Shown: positions 8,867-20,143 of the stretch, one piece after another
Position numbering within the stretch: position 1 is the first letter of the stretch
Layout: each line of letters opens with the position of its first letter
NCBI GenBank assembly: GCA_963793305.1
Contig: CAWBZV010000005.1
Span: forward strand, 1,440,001-1,504,000
From: an uncultured Gemmatimonadales bacterium
GTDB taxonomy: Bacteria > Gemmatimonadota > Gemmatimonadetes > Gemmatimonadales > Gemmatimonadaceae
Length of the DNA stretch: 64,000 nt
Direction: 5' to 3'
Notes under the pieces: generated by a model
What the model was told of the DNA's origin: nothing
Seen by the model: the letters and a program-made list of their open reading frames with translations, nothing else
Database searches by the model: none
Translations under genes and position numbers: made by a program

Positions 8867-10633
8867 GTGACGCCCGCTTACGACTCCCCCGCGGCGACCG
8901 CGTTGCGTACGGACTATGCTGGTGCGCTGCGCGCAGCCGATGCGGGCCGGACCGTTCGCCTGGGTGGGTGGGTCCACCGCTCCCGCGATCTGGGCGGCAT
9001 CGTATTCATGGACCTCCGAGACCGCGCCGGTCTCGTGCAGGTCTCCTTCGATCCTCGCTGGACGCCGCCGGAAGTGCTGACTCTCGCGTCATCGGTGGGG
9101 GTCGAAAGCACCGTGCTGATCACCGGCGAGGTCGCGCTTCGCCCATCGGACGCTCGCAATCCCGAGCTCGCCAGCGGCGACGTGGAAGTCCGCGCGCTGT
9201 CGTTGCGCGTGGTCGGGCCGGCGGTCACGCCCGCGATTCCCGTCGCGCGCGGGAAGGGTGAGCAGTTGGCAGCCGAAGAACTGCGTCTTCGGCACCGGTT
9301 TCTCGACCTGCGGCGTCCGGAGCTGCAAGCCAACCTGATATTGCGGCACCGGCTGATGCAGGTGGCGCGCGCGTACTTGAGCAAGAAAGGCTATCTCGAA
9401 ATCGAGACGCCGATTCTCACGCGCCCGACGCCAGAGGGCGCGCGCGATTATCTCGTGCCGTCGCGCGTGCACGAAGGGGAGTTCTACGCGCTTCCGCAGT
9501 CGCCCCAGCTCTATAAGCAGCTGCTGATGGTCTCGGGCTACGACCGCTATTTCCAGATCGCGCGTTGCTTCCGCGATGAGGATCTTCGGGCGGATCGCCA
9601 ACCAGAGTTCACGCAGATCGACATCGAGTCTTCGTTCATCGAGCGCGAAGATATCCTGACGTTGGCCGAGGGTCTCCTCCACGCGCTGTTCGCCGAGGCC
9701 GGGGTCAAGATTCCCGAGCGCTTCGCTCGGATGACGTATGCCGAGGCCATGGAGCGCTACGGGTCGGACCGACCGGATTTGCGATACGGCATCGAGTTGT
9801 TCGACTCGAGCGATCTCTTTCGTGACACCGAATTCACCATCGCGCGGACGGCGCTGGCACACGGGGGACGAGTGCGCGGCCTTCGCGTACCCGGTGGGGC
9901 CTCGTTATCACGAAAACAGGTCGACGAGCTCGAAGCCGTCGCCAAGAGCGCCGGGGCCGCTGGCCTTATCAGGCTCAAACGTGGGACGGACGGGGTCGAA
10001 GGCCCGGCGGCCAAGTTCTTGGGCGGGCGCATGGAGCTCGCCGAAGGTGAGCTCGCGCTGCTCGTGGCTGACCGCGACAGTGTCACGAATCCTGCTCTGG
10101 ATCGTGTACGACAGGAGGTCGCCCGCCGCTTGAGCGTCGTACCGGATGGCGCCCAGGAATTTTTGTGGGTGTTGGACTTCCCGATGTTCGAGTGCGATCC
10201 GGAGACTCGACAGCTGGCGGCCATGCACCACCCGTTCACCGCGCCGCATCCTGACGACGTTGGCCTGCTGGACACTGCTCCCGACCGCGCCCGCGCGGTC
10301 GCCTACGATGTCGTGCTCAACGGCACCGAGCTCGGCGGTGGCAGCGTGCGTATCAGCGACCCTGCGCTCCAAGAAAAGGTCTTTGGACTGCTGGGGATCG
10401 ACGAAGAGACCGCCCGCGCACGCTTCGGCTTCCTCTTGGAAGGCCTCCGCGGCGGCGCCCCGCCGCACGGCGGCATCGCGTTCGGGTTCGACCGGATCGC
10501 GATGATGCTCGCTGGCGCCGGATCCCTGCGCAACGTCATTGCGTTCCCCAAGACGACGGCCGCGCGCGCGTTGTTCGAAGGGGCGCCGTCGGCGGTGCCC
10601 GAAGCCGACCTCGAGGCCTTACACCTCAAGTGA
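8867..10633 (+). CDS. aspS: Aspartate--tRNA ligase
   Basis: PEGARDYLVPSR, ALPQSPQLYKQ, FRDEDLRADRQPEFTQ, PPHGGIAFGFDR. Confidence 0.97.
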   Translation: MTPAYDSPAATALRTDYAGALRAADAGRTVRLGGWVHRSRDLGGIVFMDLRDRAGLVQVSFDPRWTPPEVLTLASSVGVESTVLITGEVALRPSDARNPELASGDVEVRALSLRVVGPAVTPAIPVARGKGEQLAAEELRLRHRFLDLRRPELQANLILRHRLMQVARAYLSKKGYLEIETPILTRPTPEGARDYLVPSRVHEGEFYALPQSPQLYKQLLMVSGYDRYFQIARCFRDEDLRADRQPEFTQIDIESSFIEREDILTLAEGLLHALFAEAGVKIPERFARMTYAEAMERYGSDRPDLRYGIELFDSSDLFRDTEFTIARTALAHGGRVRGLRVPGGASLSRKQVDELEAVAKSAGAAGLIRLKRGTDGVEGPAAKFLGGRMELAEGELALLVADRDSVTNPALDRVRQEVARRLSVVPDGAQEFLWVLDFPMFECDPETRQLAAMHHPFTAPHPDDVGLLDTAPDRARAVAYDVVLNGTELGGGSVRISDPALQEKVFGLLGIDEETARARFGFLLEGLRGGAPPHGGIAFGFDRIAMMLAGAGSLRNVIAFPKTTAARALFEGAPSAVPEADLEALHLK

Positions 10634-11592
10634 CCGATACCGTCGTGACTCAGCGCCTCTCGACCGAAGGCGCCGACTTGTTGACGCTCGCTGGCGTGAA
10701 TGACGCAAACCTGATCGAGCTCGCCCGCCTGTCGGGTGCCAAGGTCGCGTTGCGCGGCGACGCGCTCTCGATCACGGGCGCCGGTGACCAGGTCGACCGC
10801 GCGGCCGGGGTCGCGACGCGCATGATCGAGTCCGCGCGCCAGCGCTCGCCGGTGACGCCCGACGATGTCATGCGGATGCACTCGGAAGACTGGCAACCGT
10901 CGAGTGGGTCGCTCGCGACCCCCGACGTGACGCGCATTGCGTTGCCGGGCGTTCGCAAGGTCATTCAGCCGAAAACGCCAGGCCAGGCCGAGTACCTGGC
11001 GCAGATCGCCGAGAACGACATCGTCGTCGGCATAGGCCCGGCTGGCACGGGCAAGACGTATCTCGCGGTCGCGGCGGCCGTCGACGCCCTGATGCGGAAA
11101 CGCGTCCGTCGCATCGTGCTCGCTCGCCCGGCCGTCGAAGCGGGCGAGAACTTGGGCTTCCTGCCGGGCGACATGCAGGCCAAGGTCGACCCGTATCTGC
11201 GCCCGCTCTACGATGCGCTCGACGAGATGATGCCCGCCGAGCGCATTCAGCGCGCGTTGGAAACCCGAACCATCGAGATCGCGCCGCTGGCGTTCATGCG
11301 CGGCCGCACGCTGGGCAATGCATTCGTGATTCTGGATGAAGCGCAGAACGCGACCAATCTCCAGATGAAAATGTTCTTGACGCGTCTGGGCGTGAACTCG
11401 AAGATCGTGATCACGGGCGACAAGACGCAGATCGACCTGCCGAGACGGGAAGAGTCGGGGCTGATTCAGGTCGAGCGCATTCTGCGCGACATCGAGGGCA
11501 TCGCGTTCCACTACTTCACCGACGCCGATGTGGTCCGCCACCGCTTGGTGCGCGATATCATCAAGGCCTACGCCGTGGACGACGGAGACTAG
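10630..11592 (+). CDS. phoH: PhoH family ATPase
   Basis: GPAGTGKTYLA, RPAVEAGENLGFLPG, RGRTL, DEAQN. Confidence 0.95.
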   Translation: MTDTVVTQRLSTEGADLLTLAGVNDANLIELARLSGAKVALRGDALSITGAGDQVDRAAGVATRMIESARQRSPVTPDDVMRMHSEDWQPSSGSLATPDVTRIALPGVRKVIQPKTPGQAEYLAQIAENDIVVGIGPAGTGKTYLAVAAAVDALMRKRVRRIVLARPAVEAGENLGFLPGDMQAKVDPYLRPLYDALDEMMPAERIQRALETRTIEIAPLAFMRGRTLGNAFVILDEAQNATNLQMKMFLTRLGVNSKIVITGDKTQIDLPRREESGLIQVERILRDIEGIAFHYFTDADVVRHRLVRDIIKAYAVDDGD

Positions 11593-11596
11593 CGCC

Positions 11597-13054
11597 GTGA
11601 ACCTCTGGCGCCAGCTCGACCGGATCGCGCCCCGCGCGGGCGTGCAGCGCACCATTCTGGTGGTGCTCTCGCGCGCCGCGTTGATCGTGGGGTTGAGCGT
11701 GGCGACGGTGTTTATGTTCTCGTTCGGCGACCAGCATAGCCCGAGCGCGACGCATCTCTTCGGCCACTTCCTGTCGGACCTGCTGGTGCTGTCGGTGTTC
11801 GCCGGCACGCTCGCGCTCTATCGCCCGCAACTCTACCAGTCGTTCCGCGCCGTCGCCCTGTTCGCGCTGTTGTTCTTGGGCGTCCTTGGCGTCGCCGCGG
11901 CGGTCGCGCGCGCCGAGACGCCACACGTCGAGTTCATTCCCATCGCGATGATGGGGATCTTGCTCAGCGTGCTGTTCGACCCGCGCGTGAGCGTCTTCGC
12001 GGCGCTCGTCCTGGCGACGTTGATCGACATCCAGCCCGCCTATCACGGCACCGACGCGCCGTTCATTCTCCTCGTGGGCGGCGTCGCCGCGGCGTTCAGC
12101 GTGCGCGTGATCCGGCGCCGCGATCAGGCCTACTATTCGATTCTCGTCACGGCCGCGGCGTATGTCATGGCCGAGATCGCGATCGGGCTGACCAATGGCT
12201 GGCCCGCGCGGCAGATCTGGTGGGGGATCGGGTTCGGGATCGTGAACGCGATCGTGTCGGTCGCGTTGGCGCTCATGCTGCTGCCGACGCTCGAGGAGCT
12301 CACGGGCGTCGATACCTATCTCAAGCTGCTGGAGTGGTCGGACTTGAACCGGCCGCTGATGCAGCGCCTGTCCGTCGAAGCGCCGGGCACGTTCGCGCAC
12401 AGCATGCGCTTGGCGAATCTCGCCGAAGCGGCGTGCAACGCGATCGGCGCCAACGGGCTGCTCTCCCGCGTCGGCGCGTACTATCACGATATCGGGAAGC
12501 TCAAGAAGCCCGAGTACTTCGTCGAGAACCAGCCGCGCGGGCGCAATCCGCACGACAAGCTCAAGCCGGCCACGAGTGCGGCGATCATTCGCAATCACGT
12601 GCGCGAGGGGCTCGAGCTGGCGGCCGAGAACAGCCTGCCGACGGCGATTCGCTCGTTCATCACTGAGCATCACGGTACTGCGCCAATCACGTACTTCCTC
12701 GAGAAAGCGAAAGAGCGCGACGGCACGCCGACGAACCCCGCCGATTTCGCGTATCCGGGGCCGATTCCCCAGTCGGCCGAGACCGCCATCTGCATGCTCG
12801 GCGATGGGATCGAGGCCTCGGCGCACGTGTTGCACGATCCGACGCCCGCCAAGATACGCGAAGTCGTCGATCACATCGTGCGCCAGCGGATCGACCAGGG
12901 CCAGCTGCGCGATGCGCCCCTCACGTTGAAGCAGTTGGAAACCATCAAAGAGCAATTCGTGCGGGTGCTCGTGGGGATGTACCACCACCGGATCGACTAT
13001 CCCACCACCGGCGGCGGCGTCACGTCGGAATTCGCGTCCGTCGCGACCCCGTGA
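11597..13054 (+). CDS. 7TM-HDIG phosphohydrolase (PgpH-like)
   Basis: Multi-TM N-terminus; EAPGTFAHS, YYHDIGK, EHHGT; conserved phoH-HD-ybeY order. Confidence 0.9.
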   Translation: MNLWRQLDRIAPRAGVQRTILVVLSRAALIVGLSVATVFMFSFGDQHSPSATHLFGHFLSDLLVLSVFAGTLALYRPQLYQSFRAVALFALLFLGVLGVAAAVARAETPHVEFIPIAMMGILLSVLFDPRVSVFAALVLATLIDIQPAYHGTDAPFILLVGGVAAAFSVRVIRRRDQAYYSILVTAAAYVMAEIAIGLTNGWPARQIWWGIGFGIVNAIVSVALALMLLPTLEELTGVDTYLKLLEWSDLNRPLMQRLSVEAPGTFAHSMRLANLAEAACNAIGANGLLSRVGAYYHDIGKLKKPEYFVENQPRGRNPHDKLKPATSAAIIRNHVREGLELAAENSLPTAIRSFITEHHGTAPITYFLEKAKERDGTPTNPADFAYPGPIPQSAETAICMLGDGIEASAHVLHDPTPAKIREVVDHIVRQRIDQGQLRDAPLTLKQLETIKEQFVRVLVGMYHHRIDYPTTGGGVTSEFASVATP

Positions 13055-13092
13055 TGCAGCCCGTGATGCAGCCCGTGATGCAGCCCGTGATG
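13048..13092 (+). repeat. 12-bp tandem repeat (CCCGTGATGCAG) x~3.7
   Basis: Seen directly, with degenerate GTGA(T/C)G units continuing to ~13119. Confidence 0.9.
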
Positions 13093-13118
13093 GGGGTTGT
13101 GATGCGGTTCTCTGTGAC

Positions 13119-13544
13119 GTGGCCCGCGTGAGCTTGTCCGTGTCCGTCGCCACCGAAGGCGTCCGCATCCCGTTGGCCCGTTCGCGGGTCGCCGAGATCG
13201 CTCGTACGGCGTTACGCGCGGAGCGCGTACGTGATGCCATGGTGTCGATAGCGTTCGTCACCCGGGCCACCATTGCGCGCCTGAATCGTCGCTATCTCGG
13301 CCACGGGGGCGTGACCGATGTGATCTCGTTCACGTTCGGCGATCCTTTGGTCGGCGACATTTATATCAGCCCGGACGTAGCCCGTCAGAACGCCCGCGCG
13401 CACAGCGTCGGCATACGGGAAGAGCTCGCGCGTCTCGTGATCCATGGCGTGCTCCACGTGACGGGACGCGATCACCCAGAGGGGACCTCGTCGCCGATGT
13501 GGAAACGACAAGAGCGCCTCGTCAAGCGAGTCCTGACCGCATGA
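13119..13544 (+). CDS. ybeY: rRNA maturation endoribonuclease YbeY
   Basis: LNRRY, TDVISF, GDIYIS, IHGVLHVTG.DH. Confidence 0.93.
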   Translation: MARVSLSVSVATEGVRIPLARSRVAEIARTALRAERVRDAMVSIAFVTRATIARLNRRYLGHGGVTDVISFTFGDPLVGDIYISPDVARQNARAHSVGIREELARLVIHGVLHVTGRDHPEGTSSPMWKRQERLVKRVLTA

Positions 13545-14791
13545 CGCCGGCCGCGATCGTCTCCGCCATTGTCGCCGCCGTCGCCACGGCGATCGCCACG
13601 CTCTCCGCCGTCGCCGACACCGCCACGCTGGCGTTCGACGACGACGAAGAGCCTCCGAATCACGCGGAGCACATCGAGCGCAAACGCCTGCACCGGGCGT
13701 TCGCGCTGGTCAAAGTCCTCGCGCAGCTGACGGCGGGCGCCGCCGCCGCCCGCGCACTGGGGCTCCATGTCGGCGGCGGCCTCTGGCGCAGCGCCGGCCT
13801 GATCGTCGTCCTCATCGCGCTCCTCCTGGCCGAAGCCCTCGGCCGTGTGCTCGGCTCTGTGTTCCGCCGCCAGGCGACCGCCCACCTCGCATTCTTCGCC
13901 CAATGGATCGACCGCCTGCTCGCGGTCTATCTGGTCCCCGCCGCACGCCTCGATGCCTGGCTCAGTCGCCAACTCGCGGCGCCGCCACCCGACGCCGAAG
14001 CGCGCGAAGAGCGGTCGGAGCAATTTCGCGAAGTCGTCTCCGAAGTCGCATCGACCGAAGCCAATGTCTCCGGCCCGGGCGCTCAGTTGCTGGAAGGCGC
14101 GCTCTCGCTCAGCGCCATGGTCGTGTCCGACGTGATGGTCCCCCGCGTCGACATCCTCGGTATCAATGTGGCGACCCCGTGGTCCGAGGTCGTCGACCGC
14201 CTCCGCAGCGCCGAACACGCACGGCTCCCAGCGTATGCCGAGACGCTCGATGAGATTCGCGGCGTGCTCTACGCCAAGGATGCCCTGCTATCGGTCATCG
14301 AGGGCACGGAGCCCGAAGCCGGCTGGCAAACCCTCGTGCGCCCGGCCACGTTCGTCCCGACCACGAAGGTGCTCAACGCACTCCTCGCCGAGTTCCGCTC
14401 GACCCGCACGCACATCGCGATCGTCGTCGACGAATACGGCGGCACCGCCGGCCTCGTGACGATCGAGAACATTCTCGAGGAAATCGTCGGCGACATTCGC
14501 GACGAGCACGATGCCGAAGAGCCCGTCGGGAAGAGCCACGAAGACGGCCGATGGTGGGTCGCCGGTCGCGCCTCGCTCGACGACCTGGAAGCGCTCGTCG
14601 GCCACCAATTCGAGACCGAAGACCAGGCCACGACCGTTGGCGGCTGGGTCTATGAGAAGCTCGGCCGCGTCCCACGACCCGGCGAAGAGTTCACGGCCGA
14701 CGGCTTCCGGGTCGTCGTCGAACGCGTGCGTCGCCGCGCGGTCGAGCGGGTGTATTTCGAGCGGCTCACGCCGGCCACCTCGGACATATGA
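13541..14791 (+). CDS. Hemolysin/CNNM family (DUF21-CBS-CorC) protein
   Basis: VMVPRVDI, HARLPAY, IVVDEYGGTAGLVTIENILEEIVGDIRDEHD. Confidence 0.9.
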   Translation: MTPAAIVSAIVAAVATAIATLSAVADTATLAFDDDEEPPNHAEHIERKRLHRAFALVKVLAQLTAGAAAARALGLHVGGGLWRSAGLIVVLIALLLAEALGRVLGSVFRRQATAHLAFFAQWIDRLLAVYLVPAARLDAWLSRQLAAPPPDAEAREERSEQFREVVSEVASTEANVSGPGAQLLEGALSLSAMVVSDVMVPRVDILGINVATPWSEVVDRLRSAEHARLPAYAETLDEIRGVLYAKDALLSVIEGTEPEAGWQTLVRPATFVPTTKVLNALLAEFRSTRTHIAIVVDEYGGTAGLVTIENILEEIVGDIRDEHDAEEPVGKSHEDGRWWVAGRASLDDLEALVGHQFETEDQATTVGGWVYEKLGRVPRPGEEFTADGFRVVVERVRRRAVERVYFERLTPATSDI

Positions 14792-15714
14792 GCCCGTTCG
14801 CCCTCCTCGTACTCTTGCTGCTGCTTGCCGTGAACGCGTGGCTGGTCACGGCCGGCACCGCGATCCGATCGGTGAGTCGGATCTGGCTCCGCCATTGGGC
14901 GCAGCAAGGCGGGCACACCGTTCCCGCCGTCTCGCTGTACCTGTCGCGGCCCGACCAGTTGCTGCTCGCCGCCGGCATCGGCCTCACGGCCACGACCGTG
15001 CTCGCCGGCGCCATCCTTGGCGGCGAGACGTCGACCCACGTCGGGTTGATCGTCGCGCTGGCGCTCGCCGGCGCCGTGATCCTCGTCGTGGGACAACTGG
15101 TCCCGCGGGCGATCGGCCGGCGGTGGGCTAAGGCTCTGGTGCCAGTCGTCGTGCCGTCGCTCCAAGCCGTGGCCGTGTTGACCGCGCCACTCCTCTGGCT
15201 CGCCCGCGCGGCGAGAGCCGGTGTCGAGCGGCCGCGGGACGTCGTGGGCAATGTCTTCCGCGACGCGCACCGCGAGGGCGTGGGACGGGTCGAGGACCAG
15301 GCGATCGTGTCGAGCGTCGTCAAGTTCTCGGACCGCGTCGTGCGCGATGTCATGACGCCGCGCGCGGACGTGTTCGCGATCAACGTCGCGATGCCATCGG
15401 CGCTCGCCGCGGACGCCATCGCGCGGGCGGCCTATAGCCGCGTGCCCGTCTACCGCGGCAGCTTCGATGACGTCGTCGGCATGGTCCATACGTTCGATGT
15501 GCTAAAGGCCAAGGCGGGCGATGCGTTGCCCGTTCGCCCCATCGCCCGCGTGGTTGCCGACGCGTCCCTCACCGATGTCATGGTCACGATGCTGCGCGAT
15601 CGCGTACACATGGCGGTGGTCACGGACGCGTCCGCCCTTAATGTTGGTCTCGTGACGCTCGAAGACCTCCTGGAGACGCTCGTCGGCGAAATCGAGGACG
15701 AGCACGACGAATGA
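14788..15714 (+). CDS. CNNM/CBS domain protein (no CorC domain)
   Basis: VMTPRADV, YSRVPVY, GLVTLEDLLETLVGEIEDEHD. Confidence 0.88.
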   Translation: MSPFALLVLLLLLAVNAWLVTAGTAIRSVSRIWLRHWAQQGGHTVPAVSLYLSRPDQLLLAAGIGLTATTVLAGAILGGETSTHVGLIVALALAGAVILVVGQLVPRAIGRRWAKALVPVVVPSLQAVAVLTAPLLWLARAARAGVERPRDVVGNVFRDAHREGVGRVEDQAIVSSVVKFSDRVVRDVMTPRADVFAINVAMPSALAADAIARAAYSRVPVYRGSFDDVVGMVHTFDVLKAKAGDALPVRPIARVVADASLTDVMVTMLRDRVHMAVVTDASALNVGLVTLEDLLETLVGEIEDEHDE

Positions 15715-16754
15715 GCGACCGGCTGCTCGATGAGTTCCTGGCCGGCCGCCCCGCCGCGCTCGCCCGTGCCGTCAGCGTCGTCGAAAACCATCGACCCGGG
15801 TTCGACAAACTGCTGGGCGCCGTCCACAGCCGGATCGGCCGCGCCCGCCGCGTGGGCCTCACGGGCCCGCCCGGCGCTGGCAAAAGCACGCTGACCGCCC
15901 GCCTTGCCCGCGCATACCGGGAGCAGGAGCTCGGCGCAGCCGGGCTCCATCCAACCGACCAGTCGAGCAGCGCTAGCGCTGCATCGACGCGCCGCGGAGC
16001 GGCGCTCACCGTCGGCGTTCTGGCCGTAGACCCGACATCGCCGTACACGGGCGGAGCGTTGCTCGGCGACCGCGTGCGCATGGAAGCAGTGGCCTTGGAC
16101 CGCGGCGTCTATATCCGGTCGCTCGCCACGAGAGGCGCACTCGGTGGTCTCTCGGCCGCCACGCGCGAGGTCGCTGATCTCCTCGACGCGTTCGGATTCG
16201 ACCGCATCCTGATCGAGACCGTCGGCGTCGGTCAGAGCGAGCTGGAAGTCGCGCGGACCGCGGACACGATCGCCGTTGTCCTTGTCCCGGAATCGGGCGA
16301 CGGGATACAGGCGCTCAAGGCCGGCCTCATGGAGATCGCGGATGTGTTCGTGATCAACAAGGCTGACCGACCCGGCGCGGATCGGCTCAAGCGCGACATC
16401 GACACCGCGTTGCACTATCGCCCGCCGGCGGCCTGGACCCCGCCCGTGATCCCGACGGTTGGCGTCACCGGCGTGGGGCTTAGCGAGCTGCACGCGGCGC
16501 TCGATCGGCATCATCAGTATCTTGTAGAGAGCGGGACGTTGGCCGCCCGGCGCCAATCGCGCCTGCGGGAACGGGTTGTGGACGTCGTCGACCAGCGGCT
16601 CAAAGCTCGTGTCTGGGACGACCCGAGCGCCGCCGAGTGGCTCGCGGCCCGTCTGGCGCCGCTCGCGGCGGGAGAGACGACGCCGTTCGCGGTGGCCGAT
16701 GAGCTGTTGGAACGGCAGTTCAACCGAGGATCCAAGCATGACGGTCACGCATAG
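15711..16754 (+). CDS. meaB: Acyl-CoA mutase-associated GTPase MeaB, with ~25-aa in-frame insertion
   Basis: [45 protein letters not shown]. Confidence 0.93.
   Translation: MSDRLLDEFLAGRPAALARAVSVVENHRPGFDKLLGAVHSRIGRARRVGLTGPPGAGKSTLTARLARAYREQELGAAGLHPTDQSSSASAASTRRGAALTVGVLAVDPTSPYTGGALLGDRVRMEAVALDRGVYIRSLATRGALGGLSAATREVADLLDAFGFDRILIETVGVGQSELEVARTADTIAVVLVPESGDGIQALKAGLMEIADVFVINKADRPGADRLKRDIDTALHYRPPAAWTPPVIPTVGVTGVGLSELHAALDRHHQYLVESGTLAARRQSRLRERVVDVVDQRLKARVWDDPSAAEWLAARLAPLAAGETTPFAVADELLERQFNRGSKHDGHA
15926..16000 (+). repeat. Double-hairpin element, copy B, in frame inside meaB (75 bp)
   Basis: GGAGCTCGGC-GCA-GCCGGGCTCC, core TCCAACCGACCAGTCGAGC (15950-15968), tail GCATCGACGCGCCGCGGAGC. 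Confidence 0.85.
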
Positions 16755-18429
16755 AACGGGATCATCGGCTACGGCTGATGACGATCGGGCCGAGCTCGAG
16801 CGCCTCCGTAAGGAAGTGGCCGCGTGGCGGGCTCAATACGCGAAGGGCGAGACTCGGGCTATCGGGTTCACCAATTCCGGTGGAGAGGTCGAGCCGCTCT
16901 ATACCGCGCTCGATGTCCCGAATGCCGACCTTGGTGTCCCCGGCGAATTCCCGTTCACGCGTGGTATCCATCCGACAGGCTATCGTGGCCGCCTGTGGAC
17001 GATGCGCCAGTTCGCGGGCTTCGGCTCAGCCCGTGACACGAACGCGCGCTACAAGTTCTTGCTCGCCCGCGGCCAGACCGGCCTCTCCGTTGCGTTCGAC
17101 TTCCCAACGTTGATGGGCTACGACTCCGACCATATTCGAGCGGAAGGCGAGGTCGGAAAGTGCGGCGTCGCGATTTCGAGCTTGCGGGACATGGAGACGT
17201 TGTTCGACGGCATCCCGCTCGACAAAGTCTCGACGTCGATGACTATCAACGGGCCCGCGATCATTCTGTTCGCGTTCTATGTCGCGGCAGCCGAACGCCA
17301 GGGTGTGCCGTCAGAGGTCCTCCGTGGGACCATTCAGAACGACATCCTGAAGGAATACATGGCCCAGCACGCCTGGGTCTACCCGGTGGAGCCGGCGCTC
17401 CGTCTGGTCGTCGATTGCTTCGAATGGGCCGCGAAGCACACGCCAAAGTGGAACACGATCTCGATCTCCGGCTACCACATCCGCGAAGCAGGCTCCACGG
17501 CCGCCCAAGAGCTCGCGTTCACCCTCGCCGACGGCTTCACGTACGTCGAGCGGGCCCTCGCGCGCGGCCTCAATGTCGATGAGTTCGCGGGCCAGCTCTC
17601 GTTCTTCTGGGACGTCCACAACGATTTCTTCGAAGAGATCGCGAAGATGCGCGCCGCGCGCCGCATCTGGGCGCGCCACATGAAAGAGCGCTACGGTGCC
17701 CGTCATCCGCGCTCATGGATGATGCGGTTCCACTCGCAGACGGCCGGCGTGACGCTGACCGCGCAGCAGCCGCTCAACAACATCACGCGCGTGGCCTACC
17801 AGGCTCTCGCCGCCGTCCTCGGCGGCACGCAGTCCCTGCACACGAACTCGATGGACGAGACGCTGGCGTTGCCCACCGAGGAAGCGGTGCAGGTCGCGCT
17901 GCGCACGCAGCAGATCCTGGCCTTCGAGACCGGTGTCCCCAACGTCGTCGACCCCCTCGGCGGCTCGTACTACATCGAATCGCTGACGGACAGCCTCGAG
18001 GCCGAGGCCGAGTCGCTGTTCGAGCAGGTGGCCGCGGTCGGTGGGGTCGTCCGCGCACTGGAGACCGGTTGGCTGCAACGCCGGATCGCCGAGTCGGCGG
18101 CTCGTCAGCAGTGGGAGCAAGAACAGCGTCGCCGGCTGACGGTTGGCGTCAATGCCTTCGAGTCGGAGAGTGGGGACGAGCTGACGATCCCGTTGCTCCA
18201 GATCGACGACACGGTGATCGAGCAGACCGCCCGGCTGGCCGCGTTGCGCGCGAATCGCGATGCCGCGCGCGCGGAACAGGCGCTCGCTCGCCTTACCGCG
18301 ACGGCCGCGACATCCGAGAACGTGCTTCCGGCGATCATCGATGCGGCCAAGGCCGATTGTACGCTCTTCGAGATCCGGAACGCCATGGAGAAGGTGTTCG
18401 GCGCGTATCGCGAGCCGATCTTTTTTTGA
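16738..18429 (+). CDS. B12-dependent acyl-CoA mutase large subunit with isobutyryl-CoA-mutase-type residues
   Basis: [54 protein letters not shown]. Confidence 0.92.
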   Translation: MTVTHRTGSSATADDDRAELERLRKEVAAWRAQYAKGETRAIGFTNSGGEVEPLYTALDVPNADLGVPGEFPFTRGIHPTGYRGRLWTMRQFAGFGSARDTNARYKFLLARGQTGLSVAFDFPTLMGYDSDHIRAEGEVGKCGVAISSLRDMETLFDGIPLDKVSTSMTINGPAIILFAFYVAAAERQGVPSEVLRGTIQNDILKEYMAQHAWVYPVEPALRLVVDCFEWAAKHTPKWNTISISGYHIREAGSTAAQELAFTLADGFTYVERALARGLNVDEFAGQLSFFWDVHNDFFEEIAKMRAARRIWARHMKERYGARHPRSWMMRFHSQTAGVTLTAQQPLNNITRVAYQALAAVLGGTQSLHTNSMDETLALPTEEAVQVALRTQQILAFETGVPNVVDPLGGSYYIESLTDSLEAEAESLFEQVAAVGGVVRALETGWLQRRIAESAARQQWEQEQRRRLTVGVNAFESESGDELTIPLLQIDDTVIEQTARLAALRANRDAARAEQALARLTATAATSENVLPAIIDAAKADCTLFEIRNAMEKVFGAYREPIFF

Positions 18430-18989
18430 GTGGACCGCGCGGCTGTTTCGGCCAGCTCATCGGCTGCATAGTCGTTGTCGCGGCCCTCGGCGTCGCGTGC
18501 TTTGGGTTCGACGCCTACATCTTGGCTCCGTGGGCGCACGGCAGCGGGCCGTTGCTGACGCGCACATGGGTCGGCCAGTTCCAAACGCCGGAAGGCAGAC
18601 ATGGCGTGCTGGAGCTTCGACTGACGCACGTGATTACCGGTCGCCGCGGCCACGACTGGGACCGACGTGGTAGGGGACTCCTCGGCGGCACGGCCCGCTC
18701 CTGCGGTCTCGCGACCTGGCCGACCTATGATCTCGCCGGTTCGGCCAATCACTCGGCGGACAATGTGAGCATCGTGATCGCACCACCGCGCCCGGCGCCC
18801 AACGGGATGTACTTGCACGAGCTGCGCGGCTCTTGGTCAGGCGACTCCTTGCGACTCGCCGGAGTTCTCGCGGCGTATGCCGGCAACACGAGCACGTATC
18901 ACGGCGGGGCGCCCGACGAGAACCAGCCGACCCACTTTACGCTCCATCCAGGCACTGACGCCGACTTCGATCGCCTGTGCCACCAGTAG
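18426..18989 (+). CDS. Hypothetical membrane-anchored protein
   Basis: TTG overlapping the mutase stop, one N-terminal TM, fills the operon gap. Confidence 0.6.
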   Translation: MSGPRGCFGQLIGCIVVVAALGVACFGFDAYILAPWAHGSGPLLTRTWVGQFQTPEGRHGVLELRLTHVITGRRGHDWDRRGRGLLGGTARSCGLATWPTYDLAGSANHSADNVSIVIAPPRPAPNGMYLHELRGSWSGDSLRLAGVLAAYAGNTSTYHGGAPDENQPTHFTLHPGTDADFDRLCHQ

Positions 18990-19717
18990 AATGGTGGAAG
19001 CGGTATTTCGACGGGAAGTATCTCCAGGAGTACGAGCCGATCTTCTCGGCCGCCGAAGATCGCCGGGATGTCGCGCGTCTCATCGAGATGCTCCGTCTCC
19101 CGGTCGGCGCCCGGATCCTGGATGTCCCATGCGGACAAGGACGCCACGCCAGGCTGCTCGCCGAAGCCGGATTCGACGTCACGGGCCTGGACTACTCGCG
19201 CCACTTGCTGCAGCTCGCCAAAGCCGACGGATCCGGCGTCCGCTACGTCCGCGGCGACATGCGCCGGCTATCGGCGCGATGGACGGGGAGGTTCGACGCC
19301 GTCGTCAATCTCTTCACATCGTTCGGGTTCTTTCTCGACCCCGCTGACAACGTCCGGGTCGTTCGCGAATTCGCGCGGGTGCTCGCTCCCGGTGGCGTGC
19401 TCGTGTGGCACGGGGCGAGCCGGGACGGCGTGATGGCGCGGTATATCGCCAAAGATTGGTGGCAAAGCAACGACGGGACGATGATCGCCCACGAGCGCAC
19501 GTTCGATCCGCTGTCCGGTATCATGTCGGTTTACGTCCGACAGGGAGACGCGGAGCGACAGTATCGCATACGCCTGTACACGGCGACGCGTTTGGCCGAG
19601 TTGTTTGCGGCCGAAGGGTTGATTGTCGAGGAGGCATATGACGGTTGGAGCGACAGGCCGCTCGGGCGCCGGACGACGTCGATGGTGCTAGTGGCTCGCC
19701 ATTCGCCTGCGACGTAA
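18977..19717 (+). CDS. Class I SAM-dependent methyltransferase
   Basis: ILDVPCGQGRH, RGDMR, NLFTSFGFF. Confidence 0.9.
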   Translation: MPPVEWWKRYFDGKYLQEYEPIFSAAEDRRDVARLIEMLRLPVGARILDVPCGQGRHARLLAEAGFDVTGLDYSRHLLQLAKADGSGVRYVRGDMRRLSARWTGRFDAVVNLFTSFGFFLDPADNVRVVREFARVLAPGGVLVWHGASRDGVMARYIAKDWWQSNDGTMIAHERTFDPLSGIMSVYVRQGDAERQYRIRLYTATRLAELFAAEGLIVEEAYDGWSDRPLGRRTTSMVLVARHSPAT

Positions 19718-19729
19718 ATTTCCAACGGG

Positions 19730-20143
19730 ATGTCCAGACCAATCCGTGTGCTGGTAGCGAAGCCGGGACTCGACGGCCACGATCGCGGCGCCAAGGTCGT
19801 CGCCGCGGCGCTGCGCGATGCCGGCATGGAGGTGATCTACACGGGCCTGCACCAGACGCCCGAGATGATCGCCACGGCCGCGGTGCAGGAGGACGTCGAT
19901 GTGGTCGGCCTGTCCATTCTGAGCGGCGCGCACATGACGCTCTTCCCGCGCGTGTTGGAGCTCCTCAAGGCCGATGGGCGCGAGGACATTCTGCTCACTG
20001 GCGGCGGGATCATCCCCAAGGACGACATGGAGTCGCTGCACAAGCTCGGTGTCGGCCGCTTGTTCGGCCCCGGGACGACGACCGGGGAGCTCGTGACGTA
20101 CATCAAGGAGTGGTTCGCCGAACGGCAGCGGCAAGAGGTGTGA
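19730..20143 (+). CDS. Acyl-CoA mutase small, cobalamin-binding subunit
   Basis: [26 protein letters not shown]. Confidence 0.94.
   Translation: MSRPIRVLVAKPGLDGHDRGAKVVAAALRDAGMEVIYTGLHQTPEMIATAAVQEDVDVVGLSILSGAHMTLFPRVLELLKADGREDILLTGGGIIPKDDMESLHKLGVGRLFGPGTTTGELVTYIKEWFAERQRQEV

Noticed and set aside
13048..13120. Possible CRISPR array (also 30768-30940 and 60775-60820)
   Set aside because: Units are 12-16 bp without unique 30-40 bp spacers, and no cas genes are present.
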